43,535 nucleotides of DNA from Gaiellales bacterium (GTDB lineage Bacteria > Actinomycetota > Thermoleophilia > Gaiellales > JAICJC01), in NCBI GenBank assembly GCA_035639615.1, contig DASQXS010000167.1:1-43535 (forward strand), in the 5' to 3' direction. The position numbers and the translations under genes were made by a program. Under the pieces are notes generated by a model. That model did not search any database. It saw only the letters and a program-made list of their open reading frames with translations, and was not told the DNA's origin. Below, one piece after another: positions 16,939 to 28,772 of this stretch (position 1 is its first letter; the number at the start of each line of letters is the position of its first letter).

Positions 16939-17553
16939 TCAGTCGCCGGGGTCGCGGCCGACCGCGGCGGCGATTACGTCCTCGTCGAAACCGCGCCGTG
17001 CCAGGAACGCGGCCGCACGGCGGGCATCCCGGTCGGTGTACGGAGGAGCGCCGAAGCGACGCTCCACGAGGCGTATGGCACGCTCGGCGTCGTCGGTGGG
17101 CAGCGCCGCAAGCGCGGGCTCGGCGGTGTCCTCGGCGAGGCCGCGCCGGGCCAGGTCGGCCGCGATCCGGCGCCGGCCGTGGCCGGCATCCGACCCGTGC
17201 TCCGCGACGGCGCGGGCGACCGCGGGGTCATCAACCGCCCGGAGCTCTTCCAGCCGATCGAGGAGCTCCGTCGCGGCCGCGGGCTCGAGCCCCCACTCCG
17301 CCATCCGCGCTCGCAGCTCCGCGCGCGAGCGCGGCCGGCGGGCAATCAGCCTGAGCGCCCGCCGCTCGAACGCGTCTGCCTCGGCGGCGCGGCGCAGGGC
17401 GTCCACGGCCGGCGGGCCCAGCTTGGCGCCCGCCGCGAGCCGGTGCTCGCCGACCCGGCGGTCGTGGACGCGGATGACCTCGCCCGACTCGAGAACGACG
17501 TCGACCGTCGGGTCGCCCGCCCGTCGGCGGCGCAGACGCGCAACCCGATCCAC
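16939..17553 (-). CDS. recX: Recombination regulator RecX
   Basis: 204 aa, Arg/Ala-rich three-repeat helical protein, 10 nt downstream of recA. The C-terminal ARRGF motif is typical of RecX. GTG start. Confidence 0.85.
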   Translation of the reverse strand: MDRVARLRRRRAGDPTVDVVLESGEVIRVHDRRVGEHRLAAGAKLGPPAVDALRRAAEADAFERRALRLIARRPRSRAELRARMAEWGLEPAAATELLDRLEELRAVDDPAVARAVAEHGSDAGHGRRRIAADLARRGLAEDTAEPALAALPTDDAERAIRLVERRFGAPPYTDRDARRAAAFLARRGFDEDVIAAAVGRDPGD

Positions 17554-17563
17554 CGGCGCCTGC

Positions 17564-19747
<2,184 letters not shown>

Positions 19748-19830
19748 GAAAACTGATCCCCCGATTCGTGAGGCGCCCGCCGGGCGCGTCCGTCCGTATT
19801 GTCGCAGTCGGTGCCGACGTCGCAGCCTGC

Positions 19831-19844
19831 CGAACACACGTTCG
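19831..19844. promoter_or_regulatory. LexA (SOS) box upstream of recA
   Basis: CGAACACACGTTCG matches the Gram-positive/actinobacterial consensus GAAC-N4-GTTC (TCGAAC-N4-GTTCGA). It is a perfect palindrome about 85 nt upstream of the recA ATG. Confidence 0.7.
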
Positions 19845-19890
19845 GAAGGGATGGTAGAGGGGCGGCCGGACGGCGGCAAGGGGCCCGGCG

Positions 19891-21153
19891 TCAGGAGTGT
19901 GTGACGAGATGGCCGCGCAGGAGTTGCAGGGCGGCGGTGGCCGCGCGCCCGCGGACGGCGGCGCGGGTGCCGGGGATGTCCATCCGCCGCGCGTCGTCTC
20001 CCGCGGGCGACGAGACGTGCAGGTAGACGAGGCCGACCGGCTTCTCGGGGCTGCCCCCGCCCGGGCCGGCGACGCCCGTGATCGCCACCGCGGCGTCGGC
20101 GCCCAGGCGCGTGCGCGCCCCCTGGGCCATCGCGGCCGCCGTCTCCGCGCTGACCGCCCCGTGCTGCTTGAGGAGGTCAGCCGGGACGTCGAGAAGCGAT
20201 CGCTTGAGCGCGTCGGAGTACGCCACCACGCCCCCGGCGAACGCCTCCGAGCTCCCCGCGATATCCGTCAGCATCGCGGCCACCATGCCGCCGGTGCACG
20301 ACTCCGCGGTCGCTCCCGTGAAGCTCCGCTCCCGCAGGAGGTCGAGGACGATCTCCGCGAGGGGCCGCTCGTCGGTCGCGAAGACATGATGGTCGAGCTC
20401 CGCGCGCATCGACCGCGCCAACTCCTCGCCGGCCGCCTCGTGGCCGGGGTCGGCCCTGACGTCGATCTCGATCTCGAAGCTCCGGGCGCAGATCGAGGTC
20501 TCGACGCCGGGCGGGTCGCCGCCCACCTGTCTGTGGATGTCGGCGACGTGCGACTCCCCGATCCCGTACGTCCGGGTGAGCCAGCGCGCCCGGGGCCGCG
20601 CCGAGGCGAACACGCCGGACAGCGCCGCGTGCCCGGGCGCGTCGGCCCACAGCCGGCGAAGCTCCGACGGCACGCCGGGGAGCACGACGACGGTCGTCGA
20701 CCCGACCGGCATGATCAGGCCGGGCGCCGTCCCCGCCATCCCGAGGACCTCGGCGCCGGCGGGCACGTGCGCCTGCTTGCGGTTGCCGGCGTTGAAGCCG
20801 GCCCGGTCGAGGTTGTATCGCACCGCCACCTCGTCGGTCCAGCGGTCGATGCGGGCGAGGACGTCCGGGTCGAGCTCGAGCGGCGCGCCCGCCACCTCGG
20901 CGAGGGCCTCGACGGTCCGGTCGTCGTGTGTCGGCCCCAGCCCGCCGGAGCTGACCACGAGGTCGGCCTCGGCGATCAGCTCGCGGAGCCCGCGGATGAT
21001 GTCCTCGAGTCTGTCGCCCACGACAAGAGTGCGGCGGACGGAGAACCCCAGCCGCTCGAGGCTCGCCGCGAGATGCGCCCCGTTCTCGTCCGCGATGACG
21101 CCGCGCAGGAGCTCGTTGCCCGTGAGCAGGATGGCGGCGGCGGGGCGGCTCAA
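19891..21153 (-). CDS. cinA: Competence/damage-inducible protein CinA (MoCF-binding domain plus PncC-type NMN deamidase domain)
   Basis: [13 protein letters not shown]...[15 protein letters not shown] in the N-domain and [14 protein letters not shown] in the C-domain. The TTG start overlaps the upstream TGA (TTGA). Confidence 0.9.
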   Translation of the reverse strand: MSRPAAAILLTGNELLRGVIADENGAHLAASLERLGFSVRRTLVVGDRLEDIIRGLRELIAEADLVVSSGGLGPTHDDRTVEALAEVAGAPLELDPDVLARIDRWTDEVAVRYNLDRAGFNAGNRKQAHVPAGAEVLGMAGTAPGLIMPVGSTTVVVLPGVPSELRRLWADAPGHAALSGVFASARPRARWLTRTYGIGESHVADIHRQVGGDPPGVETSICARSFEIEIDVRADPGHEAAGEELARSMRAELDHHVFATDERPLAEIVLDLLRERSFTGATAESCTGGMVAAMLTDIAGSSEAFAGGVVAYSDALKRSLLDVPADLLKQHGAVSAETAAAMAQGARTRLGADAAVAITGVAGPGGGSPEKPVGLVYLHVSSPAGDDARRMDIPGTRAAVRGRAATAALQLLRGHLVTHS

Positions 21154-21950
21154 GCGACGGTGAAGCCGGCGGCTGTCAGCTTGAGCACCTTCGGCGCCGC
21201 GGCGTCCGGCGGGAGGGTCAGCTGCTTGCCGTTCGCCGTGATGACGGTCACGGCGGCCGGATCGCCGAGGCGCAGGAAGATCGGCGCCCGGGCGGTGAAC
21301 TCGACGCGGGACGACCCGGTGACCGCCGGGTCGACGTTCAGGCCCGATCCGAGATCGGTGCCGCGTGCGGTGACGACCCCGGCCCCGGTCGGGCTCCCGG
21401 CCGTGACCCGGATCCAGGTGCCGCGCGCGAGCGTCATGACCACGTGGATGCGCGGATGGGCGTGTGCCTGCCGATGCGTCGCCTTGGGCGTGTGATCCGT
21501 GCTCGTCTTGTGCGATCCGGTGTTCGGCGTCGTCGTGGTCGTTTGATACCGGGCCGTCGGCGAGTTCGGGAACGTCGTCGCCAGCATCACGAGCGCGACC
21601 AGGGCCACGATCGCGGCGAGGACGATCATGACGAGGCTCGACTCGCGGCGCTGCCGGTGCTGGGCGGGACGCGACCGCGGCCGCGAGGCGATCGGCTGGT
21701 CGATCAGCGCCCGCGGATCGTGGTGGCGGGAGTTGAACTCGTCGATGAAGAGCTGGCCGTCGAGCCCGAGATACTCCGCATAGGCGCGCAGGAACCCCTT
21801 CGTGTACGTCGCGCCTGGCAGGACGTGGAACTGCTCCTCCTCGAGCGCGCGGATGTAGCGGGTGCGAATCGCCGTGTCCGCCTCCACCTGGCCGTAGGTC
21901 AGGCTCTTGCGCTCGCGCGCCTCTCTGAGTGCGGGACCGATCTCGAACAT
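21150..21950 (-). CDS. RodZ-like protein: HTH (XRE-type) domain, TM helix, C-terminal DUF4115-like domain
   Basis: LREARERKSLTYGQVEADTAIRTRYIRALEEEQFHVLPGATYTKGFLRAYAEYLGLD, then the TM helix VMIVLAAIVALVALVMLA, a Thr/His-rich linker and a beta-rich C-terminal domain. Confidence 0.8.
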   Translation of the reverse strand: MFEIGPALREARERKSLTYGQVEADTAIRTRYIRALEEEQFHVLPGATYTKGFLRAYAEYLGLDGQLFIDEFNSRHHDPRALIDQPIASRPRSRPAQHRQRRESSLVMIVLAAIVALVALVMLATTFPNSPTARYQTTTTTPNTGSHKTSTDHTPKATHRQAHAHPRIHVVMTLARGTWIRVTAGSPTGAGVVTARGTDLGSGLNVDPAVTGSSRVEFTARAPIFLRLGDPAAVTVITANGKQLTLPPDAAAPKVLKLTAAGFTVA

Positions 21951-21990
21951 GAGGCAGAGAGCCGCGCCCCGGCGCGGCTCGGGGCGCAGT

Positions 21991-22815
21991 CTACCCCGGC
22001 GGTGCGACGGGCGGGACGGCCGGAATCACGGCATGACCGGCCCGGACGGCATCCTCGATCCGCTGCAGCCGGTCAACGGCATCGGCGGGCACCGAAGGGG
22101 CAATCCACGTGAAGCCGAGCGCGTCCTCGGCGAGGCCCTGCTCGCTCTCCCCGGGCGTGAAGCGGCCGTCCTGGACCGCGCGCGCCGCGGCAGCCACGAT
22201 CGCCCACGGCCGCGGGCCGAGGACGGCGAGCTGGTCCGCGCCCGGCAGGCGTTCGGCGGCGATCACCTGCCCGGAGGAGTGTGCCGGGAGGCAGTGCACC
22301 TCCTCGGCATAGAGGGCGGCGGCCCGCACCGGTGTGCCGCAGGCCGCGACGGTGACGCGTGTTCCGCCTCCACCGGCGGCCACGCCGGCCCGCGCGGCCG
22401 CGGCCATGCCCGGCTCCGCGCCGGGCAGCGCCAGGCTGCGGGCGCCTGTCTCCGCCGCCAACGCGCCGGCGAGGTAGCCCAGCTGCGAGCGGTCGATCTC
22501 GACGGCGAGGAGGGTCGGGGGCAGGCTCTCCGCCGGCGGTGCGCCGACCAGGAGGACGTGCTCGCCGGTCGAGCGGGCCTCGGCGATCGCCTGGGCCGCT
22601 TCGTCGGTCACGATCAGGTCGGCGTCCGCGGTGAGCGGGACCCGGCGCGCCCCGACGAAGTCCACTGCGTCGCGGACGCCGCGGGCCAGGTCCGGCGTCG
22701 GCGCGGCGAGGGCGATGCGCACCGGCGAGGCCGGCCGCGCCTGCGGCGGGCCGAGATCGGAGCCGCACCCTGTGGCGGCGAGCGCGACCGTCGCCAGGGC
22801 CAGGATGCGTCTCAT
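21991..22815 (-). CDS. Lipoprotein, short BMP-family-like (PnrA/Med-type substrate-binding fold), orphan
   Basis: Lipobox LAATGC after MRRILALATVA. LGYLAGALAAE and the C-terminal ...VRAGHAVIP resemble BMP-family signatures. 274 aa is shorter than typical members, and no ABC permease or ATPase is nearby. Confidence 0.55.
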   Translation of the reverse strand: MRRILALATVALAATGCGSDLGPPQARPASPVRIALAAPTPDLARGVRDAVDFVGARRVPLTADADLIVTDEAAQAIAEARSTGEHVLLVGAPPAESLPPTLLAVEIDRSQLGYLAGALAAETGARSLALPGAEPGMAAAARAGVAAGGGGTRVTVAACGTPVRAAALYAEEVHCLPAHSSGQVIAAERLPGADQLAVLGPRPWAIVAAAARAVQDGRFTPGESEQGLAEDALGFTWIAPSVPADAVDRLQRIEDAVRAGHAVIPAVPPVAPPG

Positions 22816-23675
22816 GCGGCTCTGGGGAAGTACCGGTCACGGACGGCGCCGGCCGTTCCCGCGGCGGCCGCGACGAGGATGCCGACGAACAGGTAGCTGA
22901 CCGTCTGCTGGCCGCAGTCGGGCGTGCACGCCTCGCTTCCGACGGTGATGCTCGAGGCGATGACCGCGCCCATCCCGGCAAGCGGCACGAGCGAGGCCAC
23001 GATCCCCAGGCGGGCGCCGAAGAGGGTGCCCAGGACGGCCGCCTCCAGCATCAGCATGAGCCCGGTGTACTCCTGCGAGCCGCGCGCGGACCCGGCCGCG
23101 ACGATGAGCGTTTCGGCGACGACGCCGAGTGTGACGGCGATGACGTAGTCGCGGACGGCCGGGCCGGGACGGCGAATGCCCATCACCCTGGCCACGAGCG
23201 CGGGGTTGGCGCTCGCCAGCGACTCGATCGCCACGCGCGAGAGGTCGAACTGCGCGAGGGCCGCGTCGAGCCAGTCGTCGCCGCCCGCGACCGCGGCTGC
23301 GAGCCGGTTCCGCGCTGCCGGCGGCGACTGCGCGAGCACCCGGTCGATGCCGAGCGTCGCCGCCCCGAGGCGGCGGTGGACGTGCTCCGGCTGCGCCGCG
23401 ACCTCGAGGCGAAGGCCGTCCAGCGCGAACTCGGCGAAGACGGCGTCCTCGTCGTCGAGTCTGCCGCCGTGGAGGCTGAAGCCGTCGGCATCGCCGAACG
23501 CCCGCTCCATCACCCGGGCGAACGCCGGCAGGTCGACGGCGCGGCACACGATTTCGACCGGGGTGTCCGGGCCGGCCACGTCGAGCGGGTGTGCACCGAC
23601 GACGGCCGGCTGGTACGGGGCGAGGACGTCCAGGAGCCCGCTCGCCAGGAGGCGCTCGTACCAGTCCGCCGTCAC
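22812..23675 (-). CDS. Hypothetical fusion protein: DUF4269-like N-terminal domain plus a C-terminal domain with 3-4 TM helices
   Basis: I chose the GTG at 23675 (MTADWYERLLASGLLDVLAPYQPAVVGAHPLDV...EIVCRA), preceded by TAGTCT-N7. The track start (TTG 23795) would place AT-rich palindromes in coding sequence. The C-terminal 100 aa are hydrophobic. The stop overlaps the lipoprotein ATG (ATGA). The family call comes from memory of DUF4269 N-termini only. Confidence 0.45.
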   Translation of the reverse strand: MTADWYERLLASGLLDVLAPYQPAVVGAHPLDVAGPDTPVEIVCRAVDLPAFARVMERAFGDADGFSLHGGRLDDEDAVFAEFALDGLRLEVAAQPEHVHRRLGAATLGIDRVLAQSPPAARNRLAAAVAGGDDWLDAALAQFDLSRVAIESLASANPALVARVMGIRRPGPAVRDYVIAVTLGVVAETLIVAAGSARGSQEYTGLMLMLEAAVLGTLFGARLGIVASLVPLAGMGAVIASSITVGSEACTPDCGQQTVSYLFVGILVAAAAGTAGAVRDRYFPRAA

Positions 23676-23899
23676 GACGCGAAGACTAGTGGTGTGGCCG
23701 GCAACGTTGGTGGTGTCGATGGCGAGCGAAAACCGAGCGATGCTAGGACGCAGGGAGCGCCAATACTGGAGAAGTATTGGTGCGACCGAGGACAACGCAG
23801 CGCGACGGTTTGCAGCCGCCAGAACCCGGCAAACGTTGCCGGTCGCATCACTAGATCGCCTGCTCCGAATGCCCGGGCTGGGAATGGGATAATCGTCGC

Positions 23900-25129
23900 G
23901 TGATCGACGCCGTTGTGATCGGGGGTGGGCAGGCGGGGCTGGCCGCGAGCTCCCACCTGCGTGCCCAGGGGATCGACCACGTCGTGCTGGAGCGCGGCCG
24001 GGTGGCCGAGACCTGGCGGACGAGCCGGTGGGACGGATTTCACCTGAACACTCCCAACTGGGCCACCCAGCTGCCGGGGATGGAGCCCCTCGACTCCGAC
24101 CCGGATGGGTTCGCGCCGCTCGCCGAGGTCATCGCGATGCTCGAGGCGTACGCCCGGCACATCGACGCTCCCGTGCACACCGGGGCGCCCGTCTCGGCGC
24201 TCCGGCATCGGCGAACGGCGTTCGAGCTCGAGGCCGGCGATGAGACGATCCTCGCTCGGAGCGTCGTGGTGGCGACCGGGGCGTTTCAGCAGCCGACCAC
24301 CCCTCCGGCCGTCGCCGGCGCGCCCGAAAGCGTTCTCCAGCTGCACACGTCCGCGTACCGGCGTCCGGGCGACCTGCCCGACGGGGGCGTCCTGATCGTC
24401 GGCAGCGGCCAATCCGGGTGCGAGATCGGACAGGAGCTGCTCGACGCCGGGCACGAGGTGCACCTGGCGCTCGGTCGCTGTGGCTGGGCTCCGCGCCGTT
24501 ACCGCGGTCGCGAGCTGGTCCGGTGGTTGGTCGACGTCGGGTTGATGGACGAGACGGCCGACGTCCTCTCCTCGCCCGCCGCGCGCGTTGCCGGAAACGT
24601 GACCGTCTCGGGCGCCCGCGGCGGGGTCGACTGCAACCCCGTGGTCCTGGAGGCGGGGGGAGCCCACCTGCACGGACGGCTGACCGGCTTCCGGGACGGC
24701 CGCGCCGTCTTCGCCGACGATCTCGAGCCCGCGTTGGAGACAGGCCGCAACTTCGACCGCGATCTTCGCGCACGGTGCGACGAGTACGCGCGCCAGGCAG
24801 GTCTCGATCTGCCCGAACACGCGCCGATCGAGCCGCCGCGGCCGCGCGGCGCGCCCGTGCTCGAGCTGCCGCTGGACGGCGGCTCGGTCAACACGATCCT
24901 CTGGGCAAACGGCTTCCGGCCGGCCTTCGGCTGGATCGACGTGCCCGTCTTCGATGAGATGGGGTTCCCACGCGCGCGCCGCGGTGTTACCGACGTGCCC
25001 GGGCTCGTGTTCCTTGGCCTCCCCTGGCTGCACACGCGCCGGTCGTCGCTGCTCCTGGGCATCGGAGGCGACGCCGAGCACGTGGCCGGCGCGATCGCGT
25101 CGCACCTGGAGGGAGCCGTCCCGGCCTGA
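23900..25129 (+). CDS. Flavin-dependent oxidoreductase (FMO-like, MSMEG_0569-type two-dinucleotide-binding protein)
   Basis: VVIGGGQAGLAAS (FAD), WRTSRWDGFHLNTPNW and IVGSGQSGCEIGQEL (NAD(P)). 409 aa. GATAAT-N6-GTG lies upstream. Confidence 0.8.
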   Translation: MIDAVVIGGGQAGLAASSHLRAQGIDHVVLERGRVAETWRTSRWDGFHLNTPNWATQLPGMEPLDSDPDGFAPLAEVIAMLEAYARHIDAPVHTGAPVSALRHRRTAFELEAGDETILARSVVVATGAFQQPTTPPAVAGAPESVLQLHTSAYRRPGDLPDGGVLIVGSGQSGCEIGQELLDAGHEVHLALGRCGWAPRRYRGRELVRWLVDVGLMDETADVLSSPAARVAGNVTVSGARGGVDCNPVVLEAGGAHLHGRLTGFRDGRAVFADDLEPALETGRNFDRDLRARCDEYARQAGLDLPEHAPIEPPRPRGAPVLELPLDGGSVNTILWANGFRPAFGWIDVPVFDEMGFPRARRGVTDVPGLVFLGLPWLHTRRSSLLLGIGGDAEHVAGAIASHLEGAVPA

Positions 25130-25137
25130 CGGCGAAC

Positions 25138-27456
25138 TCAGCCGGTGATGTCATCGGCCGGCTCGGGGAGCGCCGTCGCCGCCTCGCCGAGGATCCGGTG
25201 GAGGTCGGACTCGGTGATGAGCACCTTGCGGGCCTTGGATCCCTCGTAGCCGGAGACGATGCCGCGCCGCTCGAGCATGTCGATCAGCCGTCCGGCGCGG
25301 GTGTAGCCCACGCGCAGCCGCCGCTGGAGCAGCGACACCGACGCCGTCTGGTGCTGGGCGACGAGCCGGATCGCATCCTCCAGCACCGGGTCGTCGTCGG
25401 CGTCCAGGCTGCCGCCGTCGCCGGCGTCGACGGGCGCCTCGAGCAGCTCCTCCTCGAACGTCGGCTCGGCCTGGCGGCGGCAGGCCGCGACGATCTGGGT
25501 GATCTCGCCCTCGGAGATGAACGCGCCCTGCACGCGCTGGAGCTTGGACGTGCCGAGCGGCTTATACAGCATGTCCCCCTCCCCCAAGAGGGCCTCGGCG
25601 CCGTTCATGTCGAGGATCACGCGCGAGTCCGTCTGGCTCGAGACGGCAAAGGCGATGCGGGACGGGACGTTGGCCTTGATCATGCCCGTGATCACATCCA
25701 CACGCGGGCTCTGCGTCGCCAGCACCAGGTGGATGCCGACCGCGCGGCTCTTCTGCGCGAGGCGGATGATCGTGTCCTCGACCTCCGCCGGCGAGACCAT
25801 CATGAGATCAGCCAGCTCGTCGATGACGACGAGCACGTACGGGATCGGGTCCTGGCCGCGGGCGGTGCGGGCGGCGTTCCACTCGGGCAGGTTGCGGGCC
25901 TTGGCTGCCCCCATGAGCTCGTAGCGGCTGTCCATCTCGCGGACGATGTTCTGGAGCACGAGCGAGGCGTTCTTCATGTTGGTGACGACCGGCGTCAGGA
26001 GATGCGGGATCGCCTCGTAGTGGTTCAGCTCCACCCGCTTCGGGTCGACGAGGATCATCCGCACCTGATCGGGTGTCGCCCGCAGCAGGATCGACCCCAG
26101 GATGGCGTTGATGCAGCCGGACTTGCCCGAGCCCGTGGTACCGGCGATCAGGAGGTGCGGCATCCGGGCGAGGTCGCACGGGACGCCGTGCCCGGCGATG
26201 TCCTTCCCGAGCCACGCGGTGAGCGGGCTCGAGCCCTGGGGCGGATCCTGGAAGATGTCGCCCAGCGTGACCAGGTTGGCCGAGACGTTCGGGACCTCGA
26301 CGCCGACGGCCTGCTTGCCCGGGATCGGTGCCAGGATGCGGATCTCGGTCGTCGCAAGCGCGTACGCGAGATCGTCGCGGAGCTGCGACACCCGGTTCAC
26401 CTTCGTGCCGGAGGCGAGCTGAAGCTCGTAGCGGGTGACGCGCGGCCCCGTCACCTTGCCGATCACGCGGGCCTCGACGCCGAAGCTGGCCAGGGTCTCT
26501 GCCAGGATGCGCGCGATCCGCTCGTGGTCCTGGCTGCCGCCGCCGTTCCCGTTCGAGCGGGTGAGGATCGAGGCGGGCGGCAGCCGGTAGTGGACCCTGC
26601 TCGCCGGGGCCGCGGGGGCCGTGACGGCGATGACCGGGGTCGGCTCGTCCGTGGTGTCCTCCGGCTCGGCCACGGGAGGGGGCTCGGGCGGATGCTCGAG
26701 CTCCGGCACCTCACCGAAGAGGTCGGCGTAGACGCGGCTTCCGTCGAGCGGCGGCTCCTGCGGCGGCGCGCTGGGAACCGGCGTCAGCGCCGGGCGCCCG
26801 GCGGGGCGCTCGCGTACCCGCCGCCCCACCTCACCCGAGAACCTGGCGCCGGCCTCGGCGGCCCGTGCCACCTGCCGCCCCGAGTTGCGCATCAGCATGC
26901 CCACCGACGCGCCGGTCAGGAGGACGACGGCGGCCAGTGCCCCCAGGCCGACGACGATCGTCACCCCCACGTGGCCCACGAGGCCTGTGAGCGTCGACCG
27001 GGCGTAGGCGCCGATGACGCCGCCGTGGCGCTCGGCGGCGACCGTGTCGGGTGTGGAGAGGGCGAGGACGAGCGTGGCCATGCCGACGGCGGTCCCGGTG
27101 CGCAGCGGCCGGACGCGCCACAGGGTTGTCCGCAGGAAGACCGCCGCCCCGACGGCGACCAGGAGCGCGGGTACCACCGCGGTCGCCCGCCCCACCAGGA
27201 GCCGGAGCCCGGTGTCCAGCTTGAGGCCGACGACACCGCCGTTCCAGCCCAGGTACTCGACGAACCCGAGAAAGACGCCTGCGGCCAGGAGCGACCCGCC
27301 GACGAGGTCGGTTCGCTGCTCAACGGCAGAGCGGCTCGGCGCCCGTTTCCGCCGGGGGGTCTTTGAGCGGATGGGGGTCGTGCGCGGGCGCCGAGCCTTC
27401 CTGCGTGAACCAGCGGCGCGATGGGTCGGTCGCGTCGTTGCTCTGGCCATTGCCAC
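25138..27456 (-). CDS. ftsK: DNA translocase FtsK/SpoIIIE
   Basis: Basic N-terminus, 4 TM helices, a Pro-rich linker, a motor domain with Walker A GTTGSGKSGCIN and VVIDELADLM, and a gamma winged-helix domain (SVSLLQRRLRVGYTRAGRLID). An alternative ATG lies at 27450. Confidence 0.9.
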   Translation of the reverse strand: MAMARATTRPTHRAAGSRRKARRPRTTPIRSKTPRRKRAPSRSAVEQRTDLVGGSLLAAGVFLGFVEYLGWNGGVVGLKLDTGLRLLVGRATAVVPALLVAVGAAVFLRTTLWRVRPLRTGTAVGMATLVLALSTPDTVAAERHGGVIGAYARSTLTGLVGHVGVTIVVGLGALAAVVLLTGASVGMLMRNSGRQVARAAEAGARFSGEVGRRVRERPAGRPALTPVPSAPPQEPPLDGSRVYADLFGEVPELEHPPEPPPVAEPEDTTDEPTPVIAVTAPAAPASRVHYRLPPASILTRSNGNGGGSQDHERIARILAETLASFGVEARVIGKVTGPRVTRYELQLASGTKVNRVSQLRDDLAYALATTEIRILAPIPGKQAVGVEVPNVSANLVTLGDIFQDPPQGSSPLTAWLGKDIAGHGVPCDLARMPHLLIAGTTGSGKSGCINAILGSILLRATPDQVRMILVDPKRVELNHYEAIPHLLTPVVTNMKNASLVLQNIVREMDSRYELMGAAKARNLPEWNAARTARGQDPIPYVLVVIDELADLMMVSPAEVEDTIIRLAQKSRAVGIHLVLATQSPRVDVITGMIKANVPSRIAFAVSSQTDSRVILDMNGAEALLGEGDMLYKPLGTSKLQRVQGAFISEGEITQIVAACRRQAEPTFEEELLEAPVDAGDGGSLDADDDPVLEDAIRLVAQHQTASVSLLQRRLRVGYTRAGRLIDMLERRGIVSGYEGSKARKVLITESDLHRILGEAATALPEPADDITG

Positions 27457-27517
27457 GGGTGTTCGGCGCGGGGGGAACGTTCCCTGCCAACCCGCGACTT
27501 CTTAACACGTTCCAGGT

Positions 27518-28771
27518 ATGGTGTGTGCGGTGCTGCGGGCAGTTCGGATCGGTGGGTGCATCATCGGAGGCTGGACGGTGCTGGGCGGGACCGCCCTCGC
27601 CGCCAACCCGCCCACCCCGACCTGGCAGACGAACGGCCAGGTGCGTTCGATCGCGTTCTCAAACGGCCGGATGTACGTCGCCGGCGAGTTCAGCACGGTC
27701 CGGCCCCCGGGCGCGCCGCTCGGGTCGTCCAAGTCCGTCGCCCGCCACAACATCGCCGCCTTCGACGCCAAGACGGGGGCGCTCAAGCGCTGGCACGTCG
27801 GCACCAACGGGCGCGTGTATTCGATCGCCGTCGTCGGCAATCGCATCTACCTGGGGGGCGACTTCACCGTCGTCGGCGGCAAGCGACGCCACCGCCTGGC
27901 GGCGGTCACGGTGCACGGGAAGGTGACGGCCTGGAACCCGGGCGCGGACGCGACCGTCAACGTCGTCAAGCCCGGCCCCAACGGCAACATCTTCGTCGGA
28001 GGCAGGTTCGGCCGCATCCACGGGCACCAGCGAACCCGGCTCGCCGAGATCTCGCCCGGCGGACGGCTGCGCACGTGGGCGCCGCGCGTCGCCCAGATCA
28101 CCGGCTTCGCGTGCCCGCCCAGGTGCAGCCCTGTCGTCTTCACGATCGGGTTTTCGCCCGACGGGGGCACGGTGTACTTCGGCGGCCACTTCGGCAAGGT
28201 GGACGGGGCCGCGCGGAACGAGGCGGCTGCCGTGTCGCTGGCGCGGGGCCGCATCCTCCGCGCCTGGAACCCCAACATCTACGCGCCCGCCAACTGCCCG
28301 AGCTGCACGACCATCGAGACGAGCCGTGTCTACCACCTGATCGTGACCCGGTCGCGCATCTACACCTGCGGCGGCTACTGGAAGGTGAACGGGACACACA
28401 CCTCCTACAACGTGTCCGCCTTCGACCCCGAGAGCGGCCGGCTCGACACGTCGTTCAACGGCCAGGACGACGGCGACACGCCGGGATGCGACCTGCGCGG
28501 CAACATCCTCTACGTCGGCGGCCACTTCAACGTCGCCGGGCCCGGGTGTACCCCCTCACACCAGAGCTCGTGTAGCACCCGACACCACGTGGCGGCCTTC
28601 AACGTCGACGGCAACTCGCTGCTCAGCTGGAACCCCGACGCGAACTCGAACCACGGCCTCCTGGTGATCCGGGCAGCCAGGAAGCATGCCGGGTTCGGCG
28701 GGTTCTTCACCCGGTTCGGCGGCAGGGATCAAGAGGGCGTCGCCCTGTACCGGCGCTCGCAGCTGCCGTAG
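27518..28771 (+). CDS. Secreted seven-bladed beta-propeller repeat protein
   Basis: Signal-like N-terminus ...GGTALAANP. Seven units of about 50 aa follow, of the form V.sia..g.riYvGG.F..v.g..r..lAa....g.l..W.P. Blades 4-6 contain Cys-bearing inserts. Confidence 0.7.
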   Translation: MVCAVLRAVRIGGCIIGGWTVLGGTALAANPPTPTWQTNGQVRSIAFSNGRMYVAGEFSTVRPPGAPLGSSKSVARHNIAAFDAKTGALKRWHVGTNGRVYSIAVVGNRIYLGGDFTVVGGKRRHRLAAVTVHGKVTAWNPGADATVNVVKPGPNGNIFVGGRFGRIHGHQRTRLAEISPGGRLRTWAPRVAQITGFACPPRCSPVVFTIGFSPDGGTVYFGGHFGKVDGAARNEAAAVSLARGRILRAWNPNIYAPANCPSCTTIETSRVYHLIVTRSRIYTCGGYWKVNGTHTSYNVSAFDPESGRLDTSFNGQDDGDTPGCDLRGNILYVGGHFNVAGPGCTPSHQSSCSTRHHVAAFNVDGNSLLSWNPDANSNHGLLVIRAARKHAGFGGFFTRFGGRDQEGVALYRRSQLP

Positions 28772-28772
28772 C

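Noticed and set aside
19748-19879. 44-codon N-terminal extension of RecA in the track ORF
   Set aside because: The extension ([25 protein letters not shown]...) is not RecA-like and would cover the SOS box and promoter region. The ATG at 19747 gives the conserved RecA N-terminus.
23676-23795. TTG 23795 as the start of the DUF4269-like gene
   Set aside because: It would make the AT-rich palindrome CAATACT-N5-AGTATTG and CAACGTTG coding, and the first 40 residues have no homology. The GTG at 23675 with TAGTCT-N7 fits the recurrent promoter pattern. Confidence is only moderate.
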